DNA of 60,817 nt, counting the filler, from Sphacelaria rigidula (taxonomy: Eukaryota), in assembly GCA_964200075.2 (NCBI GenBank). It is 9 parts of 9 records of this genome, joined end to end, with 100 filler letters (N's around TTAATTAATTAA, not from the genome) between each part and the next. Parts side by side here need not be neighbours in the genome. Positions count along the whole stretch, not along the records: positions 6,770 to 13,438 come from CAXNAA020018733.1; positions 13,539 to 20,207 come from CAXNAA020018734.1; positions 20,308 to 26,976 come from CAXNAA020018735.1; 6 more parts are not named here. One strand, written 5' to 3'. The notes below the pieces were generated by a model. That model was given only the letters and a program-made list of their open reading frames with translations. It had not been told where the DNA came from and did no database searches. This document shows positions 12,694-24,639 of the stretch, one piece after another. Every line of letters starts with the position of its first letter. Position 1 is the first letter of the stretch. The position numbers and the translations under genes are program-made.

Positions 12694-12924
12694 CAGGGCT
12701 CTTTACGTTACAAGTCGCAAAGTTCGTTACACGTCACAAAGTTCGTTACACGTCACAAGCTAAGCCAGACTAGCACTGCCGTGGGGGCCTACGTGGTAAC
12801 CAACCGTGGAACTAGCGAGGCCCGACGCTCAGTTTGATGTGACTTGACTTTACACAGAGCTCCGCGTGTAAAGAGTTTTGTGACGTGAAACGTCAAGTTG
12901 TGACGTGTAACGTAAAGAGCCCTG
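12694..12924. mobile_element. hAT-like MITE
   Basis: 19-bp TIR CAGGGCTCTTTACGTTACA / TGTAACGTAAAGAGCCCTG; subterminal CGTTACACGTCAC repeats; TSD unclear because it sits in an A-run. Confidence 0.75.
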
Positions 12925-13055
12925 AAAAAAGTATCGTCTGCAGATCGGAACCTCGGGGAGCTCGCCACTGCGAAGAGTCCTGCATACACCGCATTTCTTT
13001 TATCTAGCCGTAGCTATAGTCTTGTTCAGATACTATTTTCGAAACCTCGGAGCCA

Positions 13056-13250
13056 ATTGATTGACTGATTGATTGATTGATTGATTGATTGTCGCACTTC
13101 AACTGACCCCCCAGGGATCCAGCCATGGTGATTATCTACGTGATAGACGTACCCGAGATAAACAAAACTGGTAACACTCCATGGAGAAGGAGGAATAAAC
13201 AGAAAAAGTACAACAGAAAAAACATAGTAGACGAACACGTGAAATAACCG
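13056..13250 (-). mobile_element. Probable retroposon 3' end with (CAAT)n tail
   Basis: (ATTG)n on + strand abuts a unique GC-richer block (GGATCCCTGGGGGGTCAGTTGAAGTGCGAC on -); single copy here; 5' limit uncertain. Confidence 0.45.
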
Positions 13251-13438
13251 CGGTTAGGACAAATCATGATTCGTCAGGAAATTACTTGGTTTTAGTATAA
13301 TAAGTTGACTTTGACTCGTGATGAATGAATCCCCATGACTCATTTCAGCGTCACAACCCAGGTACACGCAGCCCAGACACGTGGAATTGCGCAAAAGTTG
13401 CGTGGGACACCCCTTGGACCAGCGGTCAACTTCTTCCT

Positions 13439-13538
13439 NNNNNNNNNNNNNNNNNNNNNNNNNNNNNNNNNNNNNNNNNNNNTTAATTAATTAANNNNNN
13501 NNNNNNNNNNNNNNNNNNNNNNNNNNNNNNNNNNNNNN
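13439..13538. other. Artificial contig linker
   Basis: Same 100-nt linker. Confidence 0.98.
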
Positions 13539-13611
13539 GGGGGGGCGTACTCATTTGTTGCTTGCCTTAGTCGTTTGACCATTGACCACGCATCCCTTTC
13601 GAGACGGAGCA
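13539..13611 (-). mobile_element. Ultra-short LINE family A 3' end
   Basis: Reverse complement of 7888-7955; ends in a C-run at the contig edge. Confidence 0.8.
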
Positions 13612-14399
13612 ATTCACAGGAGAAAAGGGGGGGGGGGGAAATCAGATGTGATGGAAAAAACACTCACACCGAAAGACAAGGGAGAGAAAAAACAAGAAAC
13701 GACAAGAAAAGACAGACGACACAAGGGGATTAGAATGGGCACCAAGCGAGGGTCCACTGGAAAAAGAGCCCCAGGCACCCTTATAGGCAACTACCACAGC
13801 TGTTCGGGAAGGCGGCAAATGCACTAGCGAGTGTACTACCCGATGGACTATTGGTTACTTCTGGAGGTCCTCGGTAGGCACTAGGGGAGCTCTAGTGGTA
13901 GCGTAGCAAACAATTCCTCAGCATAGCGTGTTCTGGTCCAGGCTGCCTGAAGAGGGAATTCCACACGCAGGAAAGGACTATGACGAATTCCAACAACAGA
14001 CGGAACTTCGGGCACGTATTCCACCGATGCCAACGTGCTGATGGTACTGCATCATACCATCTCCTCGGAACCATTGGTGTATGTAGCCCCGTACGACCTA
14101 TCCCGGGGTTGCATCACACGACGTCGATGATTCATGCGTTCAGGTGTTACACTGAGGAAGCACCTCTCGCGGGACTTGGACTTCACGGTATTCCAAGCTG
14201 GGCCTCATTTCGCCTTGCACCGTGCGGGATGACGCAGGGTCCTGTGCACAGGAGACAGTCGTCAGAACGCGTCCACACTGTGTGCGTGGCGAGCGTTTGA
14301 CGGGCACACGGCAAGGGGCATAATTAGCGTGTTTTGATCCAAAGAGGCCAGAACATTTGGTCAAAGCGTGTGAACGGCCTGTTTGTCGCCCGCTTGATG

Positions 14400-15650
14400 C
14401 GGTAGCTGGGACCCACCGCAGCTATACCAACAGTCTTAGCCAAGGACATGTGGTCCAGACTTGAATATAGGAACTGCTACCAATATAGATTCGGCTTCAC
14501 ATGCCGCACAGACAGGCTTGTTTCTGGCCCGTGGTTGCTCTTGAGTCAATTTTCCCAAGACGTGACGCCCGTTCCCTGGCATCGTGATGGGAGCATCATC
14601 TGTGCATCGTTGACAGGGTTGCTCACAGATGGGTAGGCCTGTCTCTACACCCTTTTGAAGGGGAGAAATCGATCCATTACTATTGATACCACACGGTGGC
14701 GTATACTTATTGAAAGTTATTTTACAGGGGGAAAAACTGCACACAAGTGTGACCCCTAAAATATCCACCTGTTTCGTAGCGCTACCAAAAACTTCAAGCC
14801 AGCTGTGGACACCATCACAACACCCAGGTCACTTCGATATATCAAATGAAACCTGACGAGTGCAGCTTTCGTCAGGTGCCGGTCGCATATGCAGAGAGCA
14901 AACACAAGTTGCGGTAGCGGACGTGGAAAACGAGCACTTCAAAACAAGAGGTTTCCACTGGGGGAGAGTCTTCTCGTACCTAATTTTGAGTATCAGAACG
15001 TAGAACCATTTCCAATAGACAGCCCTGAACCAGACGATTCGAATGATCCACTCATAGTTTGGATCAGCCCGCACAATCTCGAGATATGAACATTTGAAAA
15101 GGGGCACCACGGGTAAACGAGCACCTGATTCGGCTCAAGGGTAACATGGATATAAAGGCGTATGCCTTTCTACGATTTGTTTTTTCTCGATGTTTTCCCT
15201 TCCTGCACGACACCCTCATTGATGTGGTTCTTGCAATATAGATATCCATTCCCCGTCCTCCAACGAAGGCCATGGCCGGTCTTGTCGGTACGGCGTGGGG
15301 AGGTTCCTTTCAGCGCGTCTAGGGCCGGATTCACCTTCAAGCAGTGATTCCTTCTAACTATTATACCACCCTTGGCCAAGGCCGTGGTGTGGTGGTGGAG
15401 TTGGGTCAGCACGGTGCTCATCAGGCACACCCACCCGTGTTTTAATGCAGCAGTATAACATGTCAATACCCTGAGTGCGCGTATATCCTGCGTTTCAAGC
15501 AGTGTAATATGTCAACACCATGAGTGCGGGCATGTTGAGATTCGGTGTGTGCGCGGAGGCAGATGACACCGCTGTCGAAAGCTGGCAAACACACCCTTGA
15601 TACAAAGGAGCGTGTGCCGGTGTGTAGACTGGTTTCGGCGACAAGGATGG
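14400..15650 (-). mobile_element. Highly degenerate DIRS/Ngaro-like (tyrosine-recombinase retroelement) gag-RT-RNaseH relic
   Basis: Weak ordered motif remnants: Cys/His cluster (VCLPAFDSGVICLRAH), RT-like YWKWFYVL...LPQW and TKQVDILGVTL; many stops; boundaries approximate. Confidence 0.3.
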
Positions 15651-16413
15651 AGGAGGAGCGGTCGTCGACGGACGGGTTAGGTCTGGTGGAGCCTCCTGGA
15701 CGAGATACTACAGAACTGACCCAGAGTGCATAACGAAGGAGGAAGTGTTTCATCACGAAACGAAGCAGAGGGGGCACTGTTTGGGACCATGGACACCGGG
15801 GAGGATAGGCGGTTGGGTCGGCCATGGACGCTGGTGGGGACAGATGGGAGCGTCAGGAGGTTAAATTCGAAGAGTACCCTGCAGCAGAGAAAAGCAGAGA
15901 AGGCGGCTTATTTCGTTGAGGACGGAATATTATATTTCTGTTGGGTTTCTATGTAGTTGTTTGTTCTGGATAATACATACAGCTGGTATCCTAATCTTTC
16001 ATGGTTGAATATAAGACACTCTGAACAGATTCTGTTTTTTGCTGATAGCGCTATGCCATGTGTAGGCGAGAAACGCCCTGTCTGTTGTGTTTCCATGACG
16101 ATGCTACATGACAAGAACCCGAGGGAGACCATACTTCCTTGCTTTCCCTCCTCGTTGCCATCTACTCGTCCTCCTGTTTTTTGTTCTTGTCTTTTTTGGA
16201 TCTTCCTATCCGACGCTGTTCAGTCTTCGGTGCGCAGGCGCTGCAGAGGATCTCTTTGAACAGTCTAGACAGTAGATATATTTCGGGATTGATCTCTGTT
16301 CTATGCGACAGTCTCGATTATCGGCTTACTCGCTGTTACTACTCTGTGTTTATACCAGTACGGGGCAAGGTGATCGGAGGTCACACGCGGTGACTTTTTA
16401 GATCTCAGTGCCA

Positions 16414-16784
16414 GTCGCCCCGGTGGCTCAGTTGGTTACCTCGAAACCTTCTGACGGTTGGGTTGGGAGTTCGAGTCTCGAAGCGATCTGGGATTTTTTC
16501 TCACACAATGCTCAACAGTGGAGAGCGACTATGTGGCGAGTACACAACATCCGACTTAACGATACAAGCTTCGACTTACCGGTCGACAAGGGAAATGGAA
16601 CGCTGAACCCCTTTCGCGATAAAAAGTAAAAGGCAAGCACCGCAAAAAGAAGACAGAGAACTAAAAAGAAAAGAAAAGAAAAGCTCCTGTGTTGGCCTTC
16701 CTCCTGTGTGACCCCGGCTGGTGTGCCCACATATGCCGAAAAGTGTAGACCAACGTCCAGAATAAATGGGATGACAACATACAC
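16414..16784 (+). mobile_element. tRNA-derived SINE family 1, full length
   Basis: GTCGCCCCGGTGGCTCAGTTGG A-box; GAGTTCGAGTC B-box; same body and GGGATGACA end. Confidence 0.85.
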
Positions 16785-17011
16785 TCAGTAGGTCTCCCGC
16801 AGTTCAATCGGTCTCATAAGCATATTTCGTAGTGAAGGTGCCCTTCTTCGTGCACATGTTTTGTTTTCTTTCTTGCCTTCATCCGCGGGCTGTTTGAGTT
16901 ATGGGTATGGGTGGTATGCTCCTTGCACTCTGTGACCACGGGTTTGAGAGATCGAGCTAATGTGACGAATATAATAATAACAGTAATAATAAATGAAAAC
17001 AGTAATAACAA

Positions 17012-17078
<67 letters not shown>

Positions 17079-17096
17079 GCTACTAATAATAATAAT
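17012..17096. repeat. (TAC)n/(TAA)n compound microsatellite
   Basis: Directly visible. Confidence 0.95.
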
Positions 17097-17111
17097 GATT
17101 TCAACCCATCG

Positions 17112-17440
17112 TTTGTTAGATTCCAACCAAAATCGACGATTTTACGGTGGAATATCCGTTCGAATTTCCACCTCGAGCCAGCTCAAGGGTAACGCCCACG
17201 ATCGTGGTTATTGAAGTATAACTCATTACGGAAATATTTTTGCTTCGTTTTCTTTTCTCCTGCGTAATACCGTTATTGATGGTGTTCTTTCAGGCCACAT
17301 TTTGTTAGATTCCAACAACAATTGACGATCCTACGGTGGAATATTCGTTCATATTTGTAACCCGAGCCAGCTCAACGGTGTCGTCCTACAATCATGGATA
17401 TTAGGGCATAACTCGCCACGAAAATAATAGTTTTCCGTCT
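17112..17440. repeat. Diverged ~190-bp tandem duplication
   Basis: TTTGTTAGATTCCAAC...TACGGTGGAATAT...CGAGCCAGCTCAA occurs at 17112 and again at 17301. Confidence 0.8.
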
Positions 17441-20207
17441 TCGTCTCTTCTATGTGTCACACTCACTGATACGATTCGTGTCAGCTATAGAACGTTCCCG
17501 TAGCCCGAAAAAAAGAGAAATGGCGTCGAGCCTTCTCTAACTATACGACACCGTATACATTCATCATTATTCAGTAACCGTGAGCCAGGCCATCTTCAAC
17601 TTTGGTCCTTCATGAGCCCCAGGTTATGAAAGAAAAATGCGTCGTCGGTTAGGTTGAGACCTTGAAAGTGTAGATGAAAATGAAGAAACTGGTGTCTACG
17701 CGGTACTGTATTATGTGTACCGTACTGCGGTGCCTTATTCATCTGGATGCGAGCAGGTACATTCTTGCACTGCTTCAGCCCTCGAGCGCTTTTATCGAGT
17801 GCAGTAGCACTACACGCACGATCGGGGGCACAATCGATCAACTACGCTGTGTTCCGACATGGCCTTGCAAACGAGATTGTCTGAGCTATTGTGTGCCGGG
17901 GTGTACAGAACTGTGGTGGTAACACAATGCTGCCCTATCTGTACAACGCTAAAACAAGAGTCAGCTGGTAGATGTGCAGCCGTCGATTGTGTCTTCTTTG
18001 GGTAATGCTGTCCAGGTGCAAAACTCCTGATTCAACAATGTTTTCTCGAGATAGAGAGTCTAGGCTACTAATAAGAGTGAGAAGGGGTCGGTTAATGAAA
18101 GAATCAGTTTCGATTCCGAAATACCCCGCCGGGCCGTATAAGAGGGCTGATACGCTTTCTGTAGTAGCATGTCACTGGAGCCATTGATATCTCTGGGCAG
18201 GATATCATCGTGTAGCTTCAAGCACACGACAGTGTCGAATGCAAACAAAGGCACACACAACGAAAAAATAGCCAAGTTTGTACGGAAAATAAAACGCACT
18301 CTCAATCAACGCTAGACCCTCAACCTCACGTAAACACCGTCATTCCCGATTTTGTGCCGCAAGACACGTGAGCGATACGAAGGGCTGCCAGGCGTGTAGT
18401 GAGTCTCTAGCGTTCCTGAACATTCTGAAGGGCTGCAAGCGCTGGAGGTGCCAGGCAGGTGATCTTTGATGGCGCTGCGTCCAAGTTGGGGTCCATGGCA
18501 CGTGGGGTGAAGCAGGGACTGCCGATCAAGGTGGGGCATTCCACTCCTTCAAGGTTCGTATTTGATTCAACATCCACGTCAGATTCCGGCTGAGAACGCA
18601 AAATCGATTTTCGCCTGCAGCATGGGACGATCGCTGCTCGATAGACAAAAGTGCGCTCGAAACCCATCTCGATCGCCTACGTGGATGTGTATCAAGTGGT
18701 TCGAGCTTCGTACTGTGGGCTGACACCAGCTGTTGGGGAGGGATCGATCAGATGGTTACCTATCGGTATAAACATGACTACAATTGTATCGTGTCAATTT
18801 AGGATCTGTGGCATGTTCGGGTTCGACGTATCTCCTGTCGTCTAAAAGCGCAACACTGATTTTCGTATTCCGTAGGAGACGATAGCTGCTAAAAATATGT
18901 ATGAGAGCTCATGAAATCATCTCATCCACCATGGAGATACATCGAGTGGCGCGACGTTCGCATTGCCAGCTGAGATCGGTATGATGATGACCGCAACAAG
19001 ATCGTACATAGTTTAGACTCTGCGGCAGGCTCGGCGTTTCTCCTATCGCCTGTCGTCTGAAGACGCAACATTGATTTTCGCATGCCGCATAAGACAGTAG
19101 CCGCTCAGAAAACATCGGAGAGCTCACGAAGTCAGCTTGCCTACACATAGATGCGTCGAGTGACGCGCGATTCGCACTTGGAGCTGAGATAAGCTTTTTT
19201 GAAAGTCAGTCGATCAAGGGGTGGCCCTTGTCAATAAAACGACCCACATCGGCCTACAGTAGCTCGATCGTTGCCACTTCCACCTACAAAGGAACACGGT
19301 ACACACGACACACGCGACCTTGCCTGAGTGACCATCGATATGCATGAGCAACGTCGGGAGTGACGCATGTTGGACTGCTGATGTTTGTGGGTTCGTCATC
19401 ACTGGCAATGAACTCCTCATCTCCAACTCTAGAAAAAACCGACACAAGTTGCACAGCAACGAATGTGCGCAACATGAACTGAAAGACAGTGCAGCTGCTA
19501 CGAGCAGTACAAGAGCACAGTTTGTTTGTAATGCTGCAATCTCGAGAGTCGGGAGACAAGACACCTGTACACAACATCAGTCCGGCATGTATTTCAAATA
19601 GAAAATGAAAATCAACTGACCGAGGACTTCAGCAGTATATATCATGGGGAAATACCGATCGAGCAGGCTTTTCTCGAAGGGCTCGGAGTCGCTTCCTTCT
19701 GCTTTTCAAGGGTCTCCGAATCGTTCAAATCCTCAACGTTGAGAAACCAGAAGAATGAAACAAATATTCTTCCCGATAATTTCCGTGCTGCTGGCACGGC
19801 TCTTCACGGGAAAACGTTTCAAACGAAAAACGACCAGACCGGACGAATTTTCTTGTCCTGTCTGGTCGGGTTTTGGGGGTTCCCGTCCCGTCCCGACTTC
19901 GAGCTCTTGTTCCCATTTCCGTCTCGTCCTCACGGTAGCGGGGCAAAAATCCCGTACAATCTGTAGGCCACCACTGTTACCTAGGCCAGGTGCATGAATG
20001 CAAACAGCAAAATGCGTAGTAGGTGTGTTCACAGCTGGTTGATGGATCGCGGATCTGCGGGTCTGATCGGTGGACTATGTGAGTCTTCTTTCTCCATGGT
20101 ATCTGAGCTTGGTTTTCACTCTGTGGGTGAGAAGCTATTAACAACAAATTGTGCGAATTGAGGTTTAACTCCGAGATGAGGTTCAAGCCTAAAACAGTGA
20201 TTTCCCC

Positions 20208-20307
20208 NNNNNNNNNNNNNNNNNNNNNNNNNNNNNNNNNNNNNNNNNNNNTTAATTAATTAANNNNNNNNNNNNNNNNNNNNNNNNNNNNNNNNNNNNN
20301 NNNNNNN
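20208..20307. other. Artificial contig linker
   Basis: Same 100-nt linker. Confidence 0.98.
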
Positions 20308-21133
20308 TCTACACTTCACAGTGATATGCTGACATCGGGTTCATTCGGGAAACTGGGGTAGCTGTGGTGTGAGAAACTTTTAGCAGCTTTCAAGCTGGCC
20401 CAGCTCGTACCGGAGCACCGAGTTTGAGGGCGGCCGGGGCCTTTGTACGACATATACAAGCGAAACTGTCGGGAGGTTTATGGGGTCGTTGGTGCCCATG
20501 ATGAGGCGAAATCCGGCGACGCCAAAACCCCCCTGAAGTACCACGGCGTCGGGTATCATCCGACCCCGTTCTAACCGTTTTCGAACATGTATTTTTTCCA
20601 TTATTTCCCGAGCTGATGACCGCTATCATACTACGATTCGAATCAAGCGGAGATTGGGTATAGGTTGGATTGGGACTTCCTGTATTTATTTTGAAACAAT
20701 TTGACGGGCGCTGATTGCTCGAGGCATCTTTTCGCCCTTAGCGCTACCCACATGGCCTGGGACAAAACTCCGGCTTTGTCACCCTCTTCATTTGTCCATT
20801 GTGATCAGAATGATACCATGCATGTGACTATTGGGTGGGTATTGCGGAAGGCATTTTGTTGACGACCCAATTTTGGGAGATGAGCGTGAACCAGCCTGTA
20901 CATGTTTCAAATCATTGACGTTCTTCTGCACCGCCATTGACGTCCTTGTGTACCGCTACACAGTAGTGTCAAGCACTGAAAACAGTTTACGCTCAGGCAT
21001 TATGCCGGTCCTCCAGAGGTGGTGCTGTCTACATCCTCCCACAGCCGCTTCAAGTATATCAATTATAGGTTCATCGATCTTCCGGATCATTCTCACCACT
21101 CCTGGTCCGTTCGGTCGCGTTCGCCACTTGAAG

Positions 21134-21188
21134 GTTACTATCGGAGGGCAAGCTGGGCAAGAAGGAGGCAATGCAGATGATGCTGGAG
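21134..21188 (+). CDS. Candidate exon A of an unknown gene
   Basis: aag| LLSEGKLGKKEAMQMMLE |gtgaga; phase-0 end compatible with exon B; acceptor is weak. Confidence 0.35.
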
Positions 21189-22942
21189 GTGAGAATCGTA
21201 CTTGAGTGGGGCAAAGTGTAAGTCGCAGGTTTTCATTGGGAGTCTACCTTGTTACACTTGTGCTGGCGTCGGGAAGCAGGTGGAAGCCTGAGATTGTGGT
21301 GTTGCCTGTACGGGCTGTTATCAGTATAGACACTCTCGATGCCTAATCATTCGTACTGCTTGTCAGTCTCTGTGACGGAAAAGGAAGAACAGTGCTCAAG
21401 TAGGCATACCAAGGATTGGTTTACTCCACACGTGGGATTTCCACGTTCGTTTCGAGGGCAGGCACGTTCGGGGTACAATTTCTGTACAAATAGCAGCACA
21501 TCTTCTCCTTTTTCAGGCTTATGTGTTGATTGCCAGTGACGCTAGAGCCAAAATTATGGACTATCACCATGACCGTAATCATGCACGCATGGGTTGAATA
21601 CTTGATCCGCCTGGACGGCGCGCACCAAAAGCTTCAGTAACGCGGGTACTGAGATCCCTAGCAAGGCATCTCACGCAAATACCGGTTTGTGTTACGTTCG
21701 AACGGAAGCGAGTTGGAGGCACCAATGATCTTCAGAGATGGATACTTTGGGGGGGCTCTGACTTCAACGAAACTATTGAAAATAATGATCATCTTCCAGA
21801 ATATTCTGGAAAGTTAATGAAGCACGAATATTCTGACCACCGAAGTTGGCCGAATCGCCCGCACTCGGGTAGCATGAAGATAACAGCAATATGTTTAAGT
21901 CACTTTTTTTCGTTATTCTAACATACATGGTTTCTCAGGCCCAGCGTTACTTTCCCCTGGTGTGTAGCACAGTACATGACAGCGAAGCGGCAGCGAAGCG
22001 GCAGCGAATTATTGACGTTCCATCAGCGCAAAAAAATCGAAGCAGGTCCTGAGATATAGTGCCGAATGGATCGGCGTACCGGCAGTTTGGCCAGAGCAAG
22101 TGCTATTTATTTCGCTTGGCCTTGCGGTAGTTGTGCGGGTCGGATGCTTCCCCAGCACACGTTGTGACCATGTGTTATGTTCCTCGGGTTTCCTCCCCCA
22201 CCAGCGGACCTTGATTTTTACGATTCGTTTGATTGATCGTTGCACATGAACTGATCCACTACAAGTCCAGTCGTGGTCGCACCCGAGGTAGATGAAGTCG
22301 TGGTCGCACCCGAGGTAGATGAACCGACTTTACGAACGGGAATTCCTAGCCGCAACGCATCCACTCGCATGAGTTCAAAGTTCGTTACATGGTCGTAATG
22401 AGGCATAGCTTCTCAATCATGGTAGTGTTAGGGAAGATGTTGTCCCAGCGAAAGCTGATCTATCAACGCGATTGCTTGGCTCTTGGCTATAGCCACCACC
22501 TTTTCGTCGTGGACATGCACAGTACGTGAATTTTGAACTCTGGGACAAATTTCTGTCCAGCCTTTGGGGCAATCAGCGTGAAATTAGCCAGGAAACGCTC
22601 GTCACTCGAGTGCTAAGTAGTCATGGCATTCGCCGGTTCATCGCATTCTACAAAAGTCTCTTGTGGCGACAGCTTTCTTCCATCGAAATGCAACCAAGAT
22701 AATCTTTCATTCTCCCGTGAACCATACGAATCCTCACTGCACCACCTTTGCCGGAATATGTTGACTTCAACTAACCACTTTACAGTCATGACAAATGTTT
22801 CGGGTGTTCACGTTCCCCATTATCTACCAACGACCCCTGTTTGGTGTGGTTCATTGCAGGAGGGCGCAGGCTGGTCCTAGTACCGAGTATCGCCACGCTG
22901 TACCATTCATTTGTTTGTCTCTCCAACCGCCGATGAAAGCAG

Positions 22943-23236
22943 GAGGTTGCGGCCGATACGATTTATGATTTGGTCCTTAGCATGGGAAGTGAAATTTGTT
23001 GTGCTCTCCCTGAGCACTGGGGACAGCATAGTTTGCCTGCATCTGCTAAGCATATTTTCGACAACGGGAGCGCCTTCTGGAAAGTAGAAGGGAAGCACAA
23101 AGGCGCACAAACTTTGCCCACAACATTAGAATTGGAATTGACACAACGCAGACTTCTACATACCGAATCCAGAAGAACGACCCAAAATATGTTTGTCTGC
23201 TTCCGCTTCCCGGAGGCAGAGCTGCGATCCTCGCAG
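22943..23236 (+). CDS. Candidate exon B of an unknown gene
   Basis: Pyrimidine-rich stretch then cag| EVAADTIYDLVLSMGSEICC...FPEAELRSSQ |gtaatc; 294 nt open, phase 0-0. Confidence 0.45.
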
Positions 23237-23390
23237 GTAATCACAGAGACAACTCGGAGGCCGTCATCCGAGGAAGATGAGAAGACGTATCCCTTTTCGG
23301 CACATGGTGTCTTTTTATAATATTCGGGTTCAAAGATGTAGTGCCCACCCCCGCCCCCACCCCCCTTCATCTCCCCCATCATGTTACTTT

Positions 23391-23420
23391 TCAAGACTAT
23401 GGCATCCATGATCATGAGTA
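23391..23420 (+). mobile_element. 30-bp LINE family B 3'-end insertion with 14-bp TSD
   Basis: TCAAGACTATGGCATCCATGATCATGAGTA flanked by CATCATGTTACTTT at 23377-23390 and 23421-23434. Confidence 0.8.
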
Positions 23421-23919
23421 CATCATGTTACTTTGATGAATTCTTCGATGGCGGCCTCTGAATCTTCGCTGCGCGCGTATCCTCGAAGTTAGGGTTCCAA
23501 CTTCTAGAAACGATTATTGACGAGCGCAAACTGTATTCGCCTTGGGTACGCCCGCATACCAAACAAAATATGATTTCGCGAGTGTTTTCGTTCTCCCTAG
23601 CTTACGAATAGCGGCGAGCTGGGTTTGGTGCCCGCCGTGTCGCCAATCTACATACCAATTTGTGTACGGATCGGGCGAGAGTCGAGTACAATTATATGCC
23701 ATGAGGTACACTTGGCGCCCGTATCAGTGTCCCAAGGTGAATGAGGGTGCTCAAGCTGCCCGGACTACCCAATGGTTTGACTCATTTTTCAACGGTTGAT
23801 GATATGTGGTTCATCCAACGTCCTCACTCTGTCCTGTTTGCGCCCGAGTTATATCGATGAAAAGGAAAATCTGGCGATAAGCCCGAGATCAACCACGCAT
23901 CCAGGGTACGATTATAGGC

Positions 23920-24019
23920 ACTGATGGGAATTAATGTAGACGCTTCGCGTTCTTGAGTGGTGCTCGAACGAAGCGTCTGGCTATTGTGTACAAACCAAAC
24001 CAAACCAAACCAAACCAAA
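23920..24019 (+). mobile_element. Probable retroposon 3' end: hairpin plus (CAAAC)n tail
   Basis: Stem AGACGCTTCG (23938-23947) / CGAAGCGTCT (23969-23978), then (CAAAC)n at 23991-24019. Confidence 0.55.
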
Positions 24020-24141
24020 TGGAATATTACTCGCTTCCCCTCAAAGTATCGCCATATTCGCTCTGGTATACTGTCAGACCTATTTTGATACCCGACCACT
24101 ACCTCTTGCACACGCTGCTCTCTTACCATCCAACGCAACAG

Positions 24142-24639
24142 TTTGAGCAGTTGTCTCGTGGAGTGGCGACCGATGATTCCCAAGCGTCAGCAACCGCAGG
24201 CGATCCCATGGGGGGAAAATCGCTTGCGAACCCCGCACAGCCACTCCCTCTCACTTCCTCTACCGACCCCAACTCCGTCCATCCAAGCGCGGCTGGATTG
24301 CAAAAGCAACACGAGAGAGTTTCGAGGGGAACACCGCATGTCCGCGGTGGCGGGGCGGAGACCGGGCCTGAGCGAAGGGAGGGTATGTCCGCACACAGTG
24401 GCGCTGGCGCTGCGAGGGGGCGTTCTCCGATTCCGAGGGCGGACAGCGGGATACTGCCGACGCCCGGAAGGAATGAGGCGCTTGCTGGCGCCGGCGAGGG
24501 GGTGCACGGAGAAAAATTATTGCCTCCTCCCGAGTCGCCTTCTGATGATGAGGAAGAGGAGTCACCCCCGATAACGCCATCCAGGTTGTCATCGTCCCCG
24601 GTCTCCCCGCATAATTCGCTGCCACCGCCAGGAATATGA
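24142..24639 (+). CDS. Candidate (terminal?) exon C of an unknown gene; low-complexity Pro/Ser/Gly-rich
   Basis: caacag| FEQLSRGVATDD...SDDEEEESPPITP...; GC-rich open frame in phase with exon B; ends at TGA 24639. Confidence 0.45.
   Translation, partial: FEQLSRGVATDDSQASATAGDPMGGKSLANPAQPLPLTSSTDPNSVHPSAAGLQKQHERVSRGTPHVRGGGAETGPERREGMSAHSGAGAARGRSPIPRADSGILPTPGRNEALAGAGEGVHGEKLLPPPESPSDDEEEESPPITPSRLSSSPVSPHNSLPPPGI

Noticed and set aside
14851..14877. Hammerhead ribozyme at CTGACGAG
   Set aside because: Only a simple hairpin (ACCTGACGA/TCGTCAGGT); no GAAA after a stem II in the required order on either strand
22270..22324. 27-bp direct repeat as a CRISPR-like unit
   Set aside because: Two adjacent copies with no spacer; a simple tandem duplication
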